From the human T2T-CHM13v2.0 reference genome, Homo sapiens: a stretch of DNA of 64,000 nt. A program made the translations under genes and the position numbers. The notes beneath the pieces were generated by a model, which worked only from the letters and a program-made list of their open reading frames with translations, did not search any database and was not told the DNA's origin. Where the stretch lies: NCBI RefSeq assembly GCF_009914755.1, contig NC_060943.1, one strand, 5' to 3'. Positions 43,403 through 60,188 of the stretch are shown here, piece after piece. Positions within the stretch are counted from its first letter, which is position 1; every line of letters begins with the position of its first letter.

Positions 43403-46400
43403 GCTTCATAATCTGCCTCTCTGCCCTCGCCGATCATCTGTGAACTTCCCAATGCCCTTGACTGCTCAAATTAGCCAGTGTGGACTCTATGCTAAGAGCC
43501 CTGACCTATGCAGCCAGGAATGGGCTCTTAATTCATGAAACAGCAGTGCAGGTTAAGCACAGTGGCTCACGCCTGCAGTCCCAGCACTTTGGGAGGCCAC
43601 GGCAGGAGGATCACTTGAGCCCAGGAGTTTGAGAGCAGCCTGGGCAACATACTGAGACCTCATTTCTACAAAAAATATAAATAAAACTTTTTTAAAAAAT
43701 AGCCAGGCATGGTGGCACCCACCTGTCATCCTAGCTACTCAGGAGGCTGAAGCGTGGAGGCTCGCTTGAGCCCAGGAGATAAGGCTGCAGTGAGCCATGA
43801 TCATGCCACTACACTCCAGCCTTGGCAACAGAACAAGACCCTGTCTCAGAAAAAGAAAGAAAGGAACAGCAATGAGGCCAGTGTGATGGAGCTGCGAGGG
43901 GGAGGGTCCAGACCTCCAAGAGCTTTGTAAGGGAAGGCAGGGGTTGGATATTTTTTTCTAAGCAGAATGGGAGCCACAAGATGGTTTTGAATAGAGCGGG
44001 GATGTAATCTCTGACTGTAGGTGGGAAAGAGGGTGTGGGAGTGAGGGGTGACCAGGAGGAAGCTGCTGTGATCATCCAGGCAGGAGGTGACAGTAGACAG
44101 GTAGATGAGATGTATGGGGAGGGTGAGAAGTGCGTGAATTTGGAAACGCTTTGAAAATACAGCCAGTGGAACTTACTGATGAATTGAAAATGATGTGGTA
44201 TTGTGTATGTGTGTGTGCACATGTGCATGCAGGCGTGAGAGAGAGAGAAGGATGGCCTGATGGTTACAATGAAGCCTCAATTTCATCAGTGGAAAAGGAG
44301 AACAATACTCACTGCCGAGGCTTGTTGTGGGGAATCTATATAATTGTGGGTGTAAAGCACTTAGCACATTTCATGAAATATAGTCACTGTCATCATTATT
44401 CATTACGAGATGTGTTCTAAGGTAAGCAGGTCTGTGCAAACCTACCCCCAAAGGCCAAGGGAGAAAGAGCCTGACAAATCCAGTTTCTTTTTTTTTCTTC
44501 TTCTTCTTCTTTTTTGAGACAGAATCTCCTGTTGCCCAGGCTGGAGTGCAGAGGTGCGATCTCAGCTCACTCTGCCTCCTGGGTTCAAGCAATTCTCCTG
44601 CCTCAGCCTCCCGAGTAGCTAGGATTACAGGCGCCCACCATGACGCCCGGCTAATTTTTGTATTTTTAGTAGAGATAGGGTTTTACCATGTTGGCCAATC
44701 TGGTCTCAAACTCCTGATCTCAGGTTATCCGCCCACCTTGGCTTCCCTGAGTGCCAGGATTAGAGGCGTCAGCCACCACGCCCGGCCGACAAATCCAATT
44801 TCTTAGAAGGAAACGTTTAAGAGGAATTCACAAACTGAAGCCATGTCTCAGGAGGCCCTAGGAAGACAGAGGGGATCCCCCACACAGTTATCCCACAAAT
44901 GTAGGGCTTATACACTATAGGAAATTTGCCTCAAGGCAGGATTTATGGTAAGTATGTGTTTATGATAACATAAAGGTTATTTTGACCTAAGGGCAGGATT
45001 TTTGGTAAGTACATGAAAATAGAAATCTTAGAGGCATTCCCAGAACTGGAGTTAATCAGAAGTCAACATGGGCCTGAATCTCAGCACTTTGAGAGGCCGA
45101 GAATGGAGGATCGCTTGACCCCACAAGTACAAGACCAGTCTGGGCAACATAGTGAGACCCCGTCTCTACAAAAAAATTTAAAAATTAGCTGGGTGTGGTG
45201 GTGAAGGCCTGTAGTCCCAGCTACTCAGGAGGCTGAGGTGGGAGGATTGCTGGACCCTGGGAGGTCAAGATGCAGTGAGCCATGATCGTGCCACTGCACT
45301 GCAACCTGGGCAACAGAGCAAGACTCTGTCGCAAAACAAACAAATAAAAAAGAAGTCAAGATGGCAGATTAGCATCCAAGATGGAGTTACTTTAATCTCC
45401 CCTGGGTGTGTTTGTCATTGTTGTTGTTGTTTAAGACACAGTCTTGCTCTGTTGTCCAGGCTGGAGTGCAGTGGCATGATCTCAGCTCACTGCAACCTCC
45501 ACCTCCTGGGTTCAAGCAATCTCCTACCTCAGCCTCCCGAGTAGCTGGGATTACAGGCACGTGCCACCATGCCCAGTTAATGTTTGTATTTTTGGTAAAG
45601 ACAGGGTTTCACCACGTTGGCCAGGCTGGTCTCGAACTCCTGGGCTCAAATGATCCACCTGCCTCGGCCTCTCAAAGTGCTAGGATTGCAGCACCCAGCC
45701 CACTGGGTGTGTTTGAGACAAGTCAACCAAACCCATCGTGTTTCTTCTGGCAGCTCCCGCAAAACTGTACATGTGCCCCCTAAGATTCCAAGAAAGACCT
45801 CCACCATGCCCCAATTGCTTCAAAAACATCTGCCCCCAACTCATTTGTGCTTTCACCACTGCTAGGAAATAGGGGTGACTCAGGGCGATTTCCTCTCCTT
45901 TCACCACTCTATGGGTTCTGAGGGTTTTCCGTCAGGGATCTCTTTCTAGAAGAATTCCAAGCTCTCTGCTCTAGCCTCCTTTCTGTTTCTCTTTCGAATT
46001 CAGTCTGTCCTCTGTCATCTCCTGACCACTGCGTATCTGAGCTTCCCCAGCCCTGCCCTGGCGGCACATTCCAATTTCAGGAGGTGTGTTTGCTTTTCTT
46101 TCTTCAGCTGGGATTAGCCAATCCAGTGGTTCATGGCCCTTGCTTGCTTCATAATCACCTAGGGAACTCAAAAGATGTCTGGCCTGCAATCCCAGAGATG
46201 TGATTGGTTTTAATCATTACATTCTATCAGTGATTCCTAAACTTTAAAGCGCATCGGAATCAGCTAGAGTCTTGCTAAACCGTAGAACCAACCTCATTGG
46301 CACCACCTTGGCAGAGTGTTAGAAATACTGAATCTCAGGCCCTAGCCCAGACCCACTAAATCAGAAATGTGCAGGTTAGGCTGGCACAGTGGCTCACACC

Positions 46401-47077
46401 TGTAATCCCAGAACTTTGGGAGGTGGGGTCAGGGAGATTGCTTAAGCCCAGGAGTTTGAGACCAACCTGGGCAACACGGTAAAGCCCCATCTCAATAAAT
46501 AAATAAATAAACCATGTGTGGTCGAGTGCACCTGTGATCCTAGTTACTTGGGAGGCTGAGGCAGGAGGATCACCTGAGCCCAGGGAGGTCTAGTCTGCAG
46601 CAAGCAGTGATTGTGCTACTGCACTCCACCCTGGGTGACATAGTGAAAACCAGTCTCAAAAAAAAAAAAAAAAAAAAAACAGAAAAAAGAAAAGAAGTGT
46701 GCACTTTAACAATATTTCCAGGTAACTCTACACATGTGAAAGTTGAAGAAGCACTGGGCTCAACCCCTGACTGCTGTGCAGCTGGGGGTAGACCAGGTGG
46801 AGTGGGCCTGCCAGCTTGCCTTGCAGAACCTCAGATCCCACAGCCAGATCCCAACCCCACTGTAACCTCCATTTCCTACACAGCCTTCTCTGAACGCTCC
46901 TCCCACCTCTGCCTATGGAGCATCATAATAATAATAAATAATATTTTAATAACAAAATGGCAAAAGTTTATTTGGTGCATCTCCTATGCAAGGAATTAAA
47001 TGAATTAAGTTAATTCATTTAATCCTTACTACCACCTTAGGATGTAGGTCTTACAATTAGTCCCACTTTACAGATGA

Positions 47078-47436
<359 letters not shown>

Positions 47437-47484
47437 TCACAGGCAACATAGCCAGACCCTGTCTCTACAAAGGTAATAATACTA

Positions 47485-47628
<144 letters not shown>

Positions 47629-48049
47629 CTATCTCAGAAAAATAAATAAAATATTATAGACTTACAAGAAGTTGCAAAAATACCACAGAAGCGTTTCCCA
47701 TATCCCTCACCCAGCTTTTCCTAATAGTAACATCTTGCATAACTATAGTAATTCTCAAAACTAGGAACCTGACATTGTCACAATACTATTCACTCAACTA
47801 CAGACTTTACCGGGATTTCACCAGTTTTTGCATGCACTCATTTCTTTCTGCATGTCTTTGTGTATAATTCAGTGACAGTTTATCACAGGTATAAATCCCA
47901 TAATCAAAATACAGAATTGCTTCCTTACTACAAAGAAATGTACAAGTCACACCTTTACAGTCACATCCTCCCTCTCCTTCTCTTACCCTTGACAACCACT
48001 AATCTGTTCTCCAGCTTTGTAATTTTGTCATTTCAAGGATGTTATATAA

Positions 48050-48349
<300 letters not shown>

Positions 48350-48460
48350 TGAGCCACCACGCCCGGCCAGAATGTCACTTTTTGAGACCGACTTTTTTCC
48401 CCACTCAGTAAAACATGCTTAAAATCCATCCAGGTTGTGTGTATCAATAGTTGAATCCTA

Positions 48461-50059
48461 TTAATTGCTGAAAGTAATTGTGGTTTTTGCATTGTTGAAA
48501 TTTGTCATTTGATATTGGAATACATTCTTAAATAAATGTGGTTATGTTATACATCATTTTAATGTCCATTTCTTGCTTTATGTTTTTTTGCTCATGACAT
48601 TACTTGCTGTTGATTTTATGTTTACTTTAGACTATGGAAATTATATTAGGCAGAAAGCAAATTCAGGCAATTTTCTTATTTGGGTTCAAAACGGGTTGTT
48701 AAGCAGCGGAGACAAATCGCAATATCAACAACACATTTGGCACGGGAACTGCTAATGAACGTACAGTGCAGTGGTGGTTCAAGAACTTTTGAAAAGGAGA
48801 AGTTTTGCCTTGAAGATGAGGAGCATAGTGGCCGCCGTAGGAAATTGACAACAACCAACTGAGAACAGTCATCGAAGCTGATTCTCTTACAACTACACAA
48901 GAAGTTGCCGAAGAACTCAACGTCGACCATGGACCATTCTATGGTTGTTCGGCATTTGAAGCAAATCGGAAAGGTGAAAAAGCTCCATAATGGCCAGGCG
49001 CAGTGGCTCACACCTGTAATCCCAGAACTTTGGGAGGCCGAGGCAGGCGGATCACCTGAGGTCAGGAGTCCGAGACCAGCCTAGCCAACACGGCAAAACC
49101 CTGTCTCTACTAAAAATACAAAAATTAGCTGGGTGTGGTGGTGGGTGCCTGTAATCCCAGCTACTCAGGAGGCCGAGGCAGGAGAATTGCTTGAACCTAG
49201 GAGGCGTAGGTTGCAGTGAACCGAGATCGCGCCGCTGCACTCCAGCCTGGGAGACAGGGCAAGACTCTGTCACAAAAAGAAAAAAAAAAAAAAACTCGGT
49301 AAGTAGGTGTCTCATGAGCTGAGCGAAAATTTTAAAAATCGTCATTTTGAAGTGTCATCTCTTATTCTATGCAACAGCAACGAACCATTTCTTAATCAGA
49401 TTGTGACGTGAAATGAAAAGTGGATTTTATACAACAACCGGCAACGACCCGCTCAGTGGCTGGACTGAGAAGAAGTTCCAAAGCCCTTCCCAAAGCCAAA
49501 CTTGCACCAAAGAAAGGTCATGGTCACTGTTTGGTGGTCTGCTGCCCGTCTGATCCACTACAGCGTTCGGAATCCTGACGAAACCATTACATCTGAGAAG
49601 TAGCCTCAGCAAATCCATGAAATGCACCAAAAACTGCAATGCCTGAAGCTGGCATCGGTCAACAGAACGGACCCAGTTCTCCACGACAACGCCTGACTGC
49701 ATGTCACACAACCAATGCTTCAAAAGTTGAATGATTGGGCTATGAAGTTTTGCCTCATCCACCACATTCACTTGACCTCTCGCCAACCAACTACCACTTC
49801 TTCAAGCATCTCGACAACTTTTTGCAGAAAAAAATGCTTCCACAATCAGTAGGATGCAGAAAATGTTTCCCAAGAACTCGTCGAATCCCAAAGCACAATT
49901 TTTACGGTACAGGAATAAACAAACTTATTTCTCATTGGCAAAAATGTGTTGATTGTAATGTATCATATTCTGACTTATAATAAAGATGGGTTTGAGCCTA
50001 GTTATAATAGTTTTTAAAATTCACTGTCCAAAACTGCAATTACTTTTGTACCAACCTAA
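48461..50059 (+). mobile_element. Hsmar1 mariner DNA transposon, near full length and decayed, with a nested Alu (~48992-49293)
   Basis: Transposase remnants (MEIILGRKQIQAIFL from 48634, a WVPHEL-like motif at ~49303, PHPPHSLDLSPTNYHFFKHLDNF). Right TIR aaactgcaattacttttgtaccaacctaa, degenerate left TIR, TA flanks. Confidence 0.9.
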
Positions 50060-50905
50060 TAATATTCTCTTGCATGGACGTGCCACACTAACCATTCACC
50101 TGTTGGAGGACATATGAGTTGTTTCCAGTTTGGGACTATCACAAATAAAGCTGCTATGAATATTTGTATCAGCTTTTTGTTTGGACATACATATTGATGT
50201 CTCTAGGATAAATGAGCAGGAGTGTGGTTGCTGAGTCATGTGGTAAGCACACACTTAAATTTTTAAGAAAGTGCCACTGTTTTCCAGAATGGCTGTATCA
50301 TTTTACATTTTCACCAGTGGTGTGTGGAAGACTGGGTTTCTTCACGTCCTCAGCAGCATTTGGTCCTATTGGTATTACTGTTACTCATTCTAATAGGGGT
50401 GTACTGGTATCTCATCTTGGTTTTAATTCACATTTCTCTAATGGCTAGTGATATTGACATATTTTCATGTGTTTGTTTACTATCTGTGTATCCTCTTTGA
50501 CTGTCTGTTCATGTCTTTTGCCCATTTCTATTGGATTTTTTCTTGTTTTTATGGATGAGTTTTGAGAATAATATATATTTTTTTCTAGCTACTATTCCTT
50601 GTTGAATACATGATTTGTAAATATTGTCTTCCAGCCAGTGTCTTGTTTTCTCATCCTTTAACAGGGCCTTTTGCAGAACAAAAGTTATTAATTTTAATAA
50701 AGTCCAATTGATCCTTTTTTTGTTTTAGAGACAGGATCTTGATAAAGCAATCCTACCACCTCAAGTTTCCAAGTAGCTAGGACTACAGGCATGTGCCACC
50801 ATGCCCAGCTAATTTTTTTATTTTTGTAGAAACAGTCTCACTGGCTGGGCATGGTGGCTCACGCCTGTAATCCCAGAACTTTGGGAGGCAGAGGCAGGTA
50901 GATCA

Positions 50906-51175
<270 letters not shown>

Positions 51176-53536
51176 TCAAGCAATCCTCCCACCTTGTCCT
51201 TCCAAAGCGCTGGGATTACAGGCATGAGCTGCCTCACCTAGCCCCTTTTTGTTTTTTAAAGAATCATGCTGGTTGGGAGCGGTGGTTCATGCCTGTAATT
51301 CCAGCAATTTGGGAGGCTGAGGTGGGCAGATCACCTGACTCAGGAGTTTGAGACCAGCCTGGCCAACATGATGAAACCCTGCCTCTGCTAAAAATACAAA
51401 AATTAGCTGGGTGTGGTGGTATGTGGCTGTAATCCCAGCTGCTCAGAAGGCTGAGGCACAAGAGAATCGCTTGAACCCGGGAGGTTGCAGTGAGCCGAGA
51501 TGGCGCCACTGCACTCTAGCCTGGGTGACAGAGTGAAACTCCATCTCAAAAAAACAAAACAAAAACAAAACAAAAAAAAAAATCATGCTTTTGGTATCAA
51601 GTCTAGGAACTCTTTGCCTAACCCTAAGTTATAAAGATTTTCTTCTATGTTCTGTTTTTAAAGTTTACAGTTTTACATTTTACATTAAGATCTATGATAT
51701 ATCCTGAGTTAATTTTCTTTTTTCTTTCTTTTTTATTTTTTTTGAGCAGATTGTCACTCTGTTGCCCAGGTTGGAATGAAGTGGCGTGATCTTGGCTCAC
51801 TGCAACCTCGGCCTCCCAGATTCAAGTGATTCTCGTGCTTCAGCCTCCCAAGTAACTGGGACTATAGACCTCTGCCACCATGCCAGGATAATTTTTGTGT
51901 TTTTATTACAGATGGGGTTTTACCATGTTTGCCAGGCTGGTCTCAAACTCCTGACCTCAGGTGATCCACCTGCCTTGGCCTCCCAAAGTACTGGGATTAC
52001 AGGCATGAGCCACTATGCCAGGTCCTGAGTTAATTTTTATATAAGGGGTGAGGTTTAGGCTGACATTCGTACTTTTCACTCTTGATGTCTCATTGCCCAT
52101 TTGTTGAAAAGACTATCTTTTCTATATTGAGTTCTTTTGTACCTTGATCAAAATTCATTTGGGTATACTTATGTGGTTCTGTTTCTGGGTTCTCTTCTGT
52201 TTCATTGACCTATGTGTCTGTGCTTCCACTAATATCATACTGTCTTGATTATCATGGTCATATAATAATCTCAAAACCAGCAAGTGTGACTCCTCCTACC
52301 TTCTTCCTTTTAAATATTGTTTCAGCTATTCTAGTTCCTTTGCCTTTCTATATACATTTTAAGATAAGCTTGTCTATACAGACCAAAAAAAACTTGGAAT
52401 TTTTATGGGAACTGCATTGAATTATAGATTACTTTGAAGAGAATTGACATCTTTACTATGTTGAGCATTCCAATCCATGAACATGGTATATCTGTCCCTT
52501 AATTTAGATAGGTTTTGATGTCTTTCATCCGGGTTTTACAGTTTTCAGCATACAAATCCTATTCATGTTTTGTTGGATTTATACCTAAGTATTTTTCAGT
52601 AATTGTAAGTGGAATTGTATTTTTAATTTTAGTTTCCAAATATTTATTGCTGGTATAAATAAATATAATTGATTTTCTGTGTTCATGTTGTATCTTGTGG
52701 CTTTGATCAACTCACTTATTAGTTCTAGGAGTTCTTGTAGTTTCCTGGGGCTTTATACATAATCATGCCATCTACAAATAAGGAGAGTTTTATTTCTTCC
52801 CTTCCAATCTCTGTGTATTTTATTTTATTTTTGCCTTATTGCACTGCCTAGGACTTCTGACACTATGTTAAATAAGAGTGATGAGACATCACACCCATTA
52901 GGATGGCTACAACAAAAACAGAAAATAACAAATGCTGACAAGGACATGGAGAAATTGGAACCCTTGTACACTGTTGGTGAGATGTAAAATGATACAGCCA
53001 TTATGGAAAACAGTATGGCAGTTCCCCAAAAAATTAAAAATAGGATTACCATATGATCCAGCAATTCCACTTCTGTGTATATACCCAAAAGAATTGAAAG
53101 CAGGGACTCAAAGAGGTATTTGTACACCCATGTTCATAGCAGCATTATTTGCAATAACTAAAAGGTGAAAACATTCCAAGTGTCTATTGACTGATAAATG
53201 AATAAGACAAATGTGATATATACATGCAACAGAACATTATTCAGCCTTAAAAAAAGAAAGAAAGAATTCTGACCCATGCTACAATATGAATGAACCTTAA
53301 GGCCGTTATGCTAAGTGAAATAAGCCAGTCACAAAAGGACAAATATATGATTCTGCCTATATGAGGCATATAGAGTAGTCAAATTCATAGAAACAGTAAT
53401 ATAGCAGTTACCAGGGGCTTGGAGGAGAGGGGAATGGGAGTTATTGTTTGATAAGTAAAGACTTCCAGTTTTGCAAGATGAAAAGAGTTCTGGAGATAGA
53501 TGGTACTGATGGTAGCACAACAATGTAATGTATTTA

Positions 53537-53900
<364 letters not shown>

Positions 53901-54328
53901 TCATCCCAATGAAAATAATGAAATAATGAGGGGTGAGAATGAGTATCCTTGCCATGCTTGTGATTTTTAGGAGGAAAAGCAACAAGTATTTCACCATTTT
54001 GAGGCTAGCTGAAGGTTTTTCATAAATTTTGTTATCAGGCTGAGAAAGTTTCCTTCAATTTCTAGTTTTCTGAAAGTTTTTTATATCAGGAATGGATGTT
54101 AGATTTTGTCAGATGCTTTTTATGCATGATTTTTCTTTTTTAGCCTGTTAATATGATGAATCCCATTGAGAAATTGCAAAATATTTGGCTAACCTTGCAT
54201 TCCTGGAATAAATCCCACATAGTCATGAAGTATAATTTTTCTTTAATGTGAAACATCTTTATTTACTTTGGACCACCACTCTTCCAGTGAGATTAACTTT
54301 TCCACCTTTAACTGCAGTAAAAGATATA

Positions 54329-54408
54329 TTAAGTTGGTGCAAAAGTAATTGCAGTTTTTGCCATTATTTCTAACGACAAAAACCACAATTACTTTTGCAT
54401 CAACCTAA
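54329..54408. mobile_element. MADE1 MITE (80-bp Hsmar1-derived palindrome)
   Basis: ttaagttggtgcaaaagtaattgc...caattacttttgcatcaacctaa, flanked by TA on both sides. Confidence 0.92.
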
Positions 54409-54884
54409 TATAACGTAAAATTTGCCATTTTAACCACGTTTAAGTGTACAATTTAGTGGTATTAATTACATTCACAATGGTGTGCAGCCATCACCACTAT
54501 GTGTTTTCAAATTTTTTTCAACACCCCAAACAGAAAACCTGTATGCATAAAGCAAATAACATCCCTTCCTCACTCAGCCCTAAGTAATTTCTAATTTCCT
54601 TTCTGCCTCTATGAATTTCCCTATTCTCGATATTTCCCATAAGTAGAATCATAAAATATTTGTCTTTTTTGTGTCTGGCTTACTTCACTTAGCCATAATG
54701 GTTTCAAGGATAATCGATATAGCAGCATGTATTAGAATTTCATTCTTTTTTATACATGAATAATATTTCATTGCATGTACATATCATATTTTGTTTATTC
54801 ACTCATCTGTTCATGAACACATGGGTTGTTTCCATCTTTGTGAATAACAGTGTTGTGAATATAGGTCTATAAGTGTCTGCATGA

Positions 54885-55295
<411 letters not shown>

Positions 55296-56235
55296 TAGGA
55301 GGCCAAGGCGGGAGGATCGCTTGAGCCCAGGTGTTCAAGAGTAGCCTGGGCAACATGGCGAAATTTTGTCTCTACAAAAAAATCCAGAAATTAGCCAGGC
55401 ATGGTGGTGGGCACCTGTAGTCCCAGCTACCCAGGAGGCTGAGGTGGGAGGATCACCTGAGCCCAGGAGGTTGAGGCTGCAGCGAGCTGTGATCATGCCA
55501 CTGCACCCAGCCTGGGTAAAAGAGTGAAACCTTGTCTCAAAAAAAAAAAAAAAGATAAGAAAAGAAAAGGAAAATACTGGTCTATAGCTTCTCTTTTTCT
55601 TTATTTGTTTTCATTCTGCCTTTGTCTGGTTTTGGAATCAGGATAATGCTGACTTTATAAAATGAAATGAAAAGTATTGCTTCCTCTTCTGTTTTCTGGA
55701 AGCGATACTAAAGAATTGGTATCAATTCTTCTTTAAATGTTTGCTAGATTTCTACAGTGAAAACATCTGGACACAAAGATTTCCTTCTTGGGAGCCTTTT
55801 AATTAGAGATCAAGTTTTTTAAATAGTTATAAGACTACTCATAATATCTATTTCATCTTAGGTGAGCTTTGGCCAAGCGATCCTCCCGCCTTGGCCTCCT
55901 AAAGTGCTAGGATTACAGCACTTTGCGGTCTTTGAGCAATTTGTCCATATTGTCTAAGTTGAGTTTATATGCATAGACTCATTCACAGTATTCCCTTATT
56001 ATTCTTTTAACGTCCATGAGGTCTGTAGTGATAGTGGTCATTTGTGTCTTCTCTCTTTTCTCTTCTTCTGTCTTGCTAAAAGTTTATCAATTTTATTCAT
56101 CTTTTCAAAGAACCAGCTTTTGATTTTATTGTCTTTATTGCTTTTCTGTTTTCTATGTAATTGATTTCTCCACCTCTTTATGATTTCTTTCCTTCTGCTT
56201 GATTTGAGTTTACTTAGCTTTTTCTAGTTTCTTGA

Positions 56236-56580
<345 letters not shown>

Positions 56581-56616
56581 TAATATAAGCATTAAGTGCT
56601 ATAAACTTCTCTCTAA

Positions 56617-57020
<404 letters not shown>

Positions 57021-59433
57021 TGAGATGAAGTCTCACTCTATCGCCCAGGCTGGAGTGCAGTGGCACAATCTTGACTCACTGCAACCTTCACTTCCCAGGT
57101 TCGAGCAATTCTCCCTGCCTCTGGCTCCCAAGTAGCTGGGATTACAGATTCCTGCCACCACACCTGGCTAATTTTTTGTACTTTTAGTAGAGACAGGGTT
57201 TCGCCATGTTGGCCAGGGTGGTCTGGAACCCCTGACCTCAGGTGATCAGCCCTCCTCAGTCTCCCAAAGTGCTGCGATTACAGGCATGAGCCACCCTGCC
57301 CAGCCTAACTTTTGTATTTTTGATAGAGGTGAGGTTTCACCATGTTAGCCAGGCTGGTCTCAAACTCCTGACCTCAAGTGAGCCACCCACCTCAGCCTCC
57401 CAAATGCTGAGATTAAAGTGTGAGCCATCACGCCTGGCCTCCATCCATTTACTTTTAACCTACCTATGTCATTATATTTGAAATGAGTTTCCTGTAGACA
57501 GCATACAGTTTTTTAAAATATATTCTGCCAATCTCTGTATATAAACCATTTGCATTTAATGTAATTACAGATATATTAGAACTTAAGTCTCCCATCTTAT
57601 TTTTCTTCTGTTCCTTCTGTTTTTTATTCTTGTTTCCTTTTCATTGCCCTCCTGTGGATTACTAAGCTTTTTTTTAGTGTTTCATTTAGCTTTATCTATA
57701 GTTTTTTTTTTTTTAGTATATCTCTTTATATAGTTTTTTAGTGGTTGCTCTGGAATTACAGTATATATATAACATCACAATGCAATAGTATTAATATTTT
57801 ATCTCTTCAAATGGAATGTAGGAAACATCACAATTTAGGTCCCTTTATCCTCCCTGATTTATAAATATATAGGTATCTTTATTTTGTGGTGGGGGAACAA
57901 AGTCTCGCTCCATCACCCCATTTGGAGTGCAGTCACAGCTCACCGCAGCCTCATCTCCCTGTCTCAGGTGGTCCTCCCACCTCAGCCTCCCAAGCAGCTG
58001 GGACCATGGGACCACAAGCACCTGCCACCACGCCTGGCTAATTTTTGTATTTTTGGTAGAGATAGGGTTTCGCCATGTTGCCTAGGCTGGTCTCAAATTC
58101 CTGAGCTTAAACAATACACCCACCTTGGCTCCCCCAAGTGCTGAAATCATAGGCATGAGCCACCATGCCCGTCCCCACTTTCTTTCTGTTCATCCAGAAC
58201 ATCAGTGATGTGAGTGTTAAAACTTAATGTACTAAAGGTCCCTGGAGCTCTTTTCTTTTCTCTTTTTTTAGAGACAGGGTCTCACATTGTCCCCCAGGCT
58301 GGAGTGCAGTGGTGCGATATTGGCTTGCTTTAACCTCCACCTCCCTGGAGTTCTTTTCATTTTTAAAAATCTACTTTCTATCCTTTGTTCATACTTCAAT
58401 CTATTTGCTACTTACTCTCTGTTGTTCAGAATGAGTAATTTCTATTGACCTATCTTCAAGTTTTCTGATTCTTTCTTCTGCCATCTCCATTCTGCTATTT
58501 GGCCCTTTCAGTGAGTTTTACTTCAGTTCTTGTATTTTTCAGTTCTTATATTTCTCTGTTCTAAAATTTCCACTCAATTCTTTATACCTTCTATTTCTTT
58601 GATGAAACTTTCTATTAAAAATTTTTGTGTCAGCCAGGTGCAGAGGCTCACTCCTGTAATCCCAGCACTTTGGGAGGCTGAAGTGAGTGGATCACGAGGT
58701 CAGGAGATCGAGACCATCTTGGCTAACACGGTGAAACCCCGTCTCTACTACTAAAAATACAAAAAATTAGCCAGGCGTGGTGGCAGGTGCCTGTAGTCCC
58801 AGCTACTCAGGAGGCTGAGGCAGGAGAATGGCATGAACACGGGAGGTGGAGCTTGCAGCCACTGCACTCCAGCCTGGGCGACAGAGCAAGACTCTGTCTC
58901 AAAAAAAAAAAAAAATTGTGTCAAAAGTATTCATGATTGTTTGTTGAAGCATTTTTATGACAATTACTTTAAAATTATTGTCAGAGAGCCAGGCATGGTG
59001 GCTTACACCTGTAATCCCAGCTACTCGGAAAGCCAAAGAGGGACGATTATTTGAGGCCAGGAGTTTGAGGCCAGCCTGAGCAACAAAGTGAGATTTCACC
59101 CATATCTTAAAAAGCAAATAAATAAAAATTTTTTAAATATTTTTGTCCAATAATTTCAATATTTGTATCATTTTAGTGTTGGCATCTATTGATTGGCTTT
59201 TCCCATTCCACTTGAGATTTTCCTAGTTCTTGAGATGATGAGTATAACAAGTTATTTTCTCTTGTATCCTGGACTTTTGAGACATTACATTATGAAATGC
59301 TGGTTTCTTTTTTAATCTTGTCATTGCTGAGGCAATAATCAGAGCTCTGTTCACACATTTCTGGTGCTAGTCACCTTACACAGTGAACAAATCACAAGTT
59401 TTGGGTAATTTGTTACATAGTAATTGTAACGAG

Positions 59434-59460
<27 letters not shown>
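59434..59460. repeat. (CA)n microsatellite
   Basis: Read directly. Confidence 0.9.
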
Positions 59461-59464
<4 letters not shown>

Positions 59465-59636
59465 AGCCTATTTGTACATAAAAGAAGAAATTGTCTACGT
59501 GTGCAGGTATAATTCTTTTGCTCCTTGGGCCCCAGGACAGCAGTAGAGTAAAAATGGCTGTGTGGGGTCCTTGGTGGGGTGGGAATTAGAGGTGATAGGG
59601 CCCCCACCATAGTTTAGGTGACCTGAAAGCTGGGCT

Positions 59637-60188
<552 letters not shown>
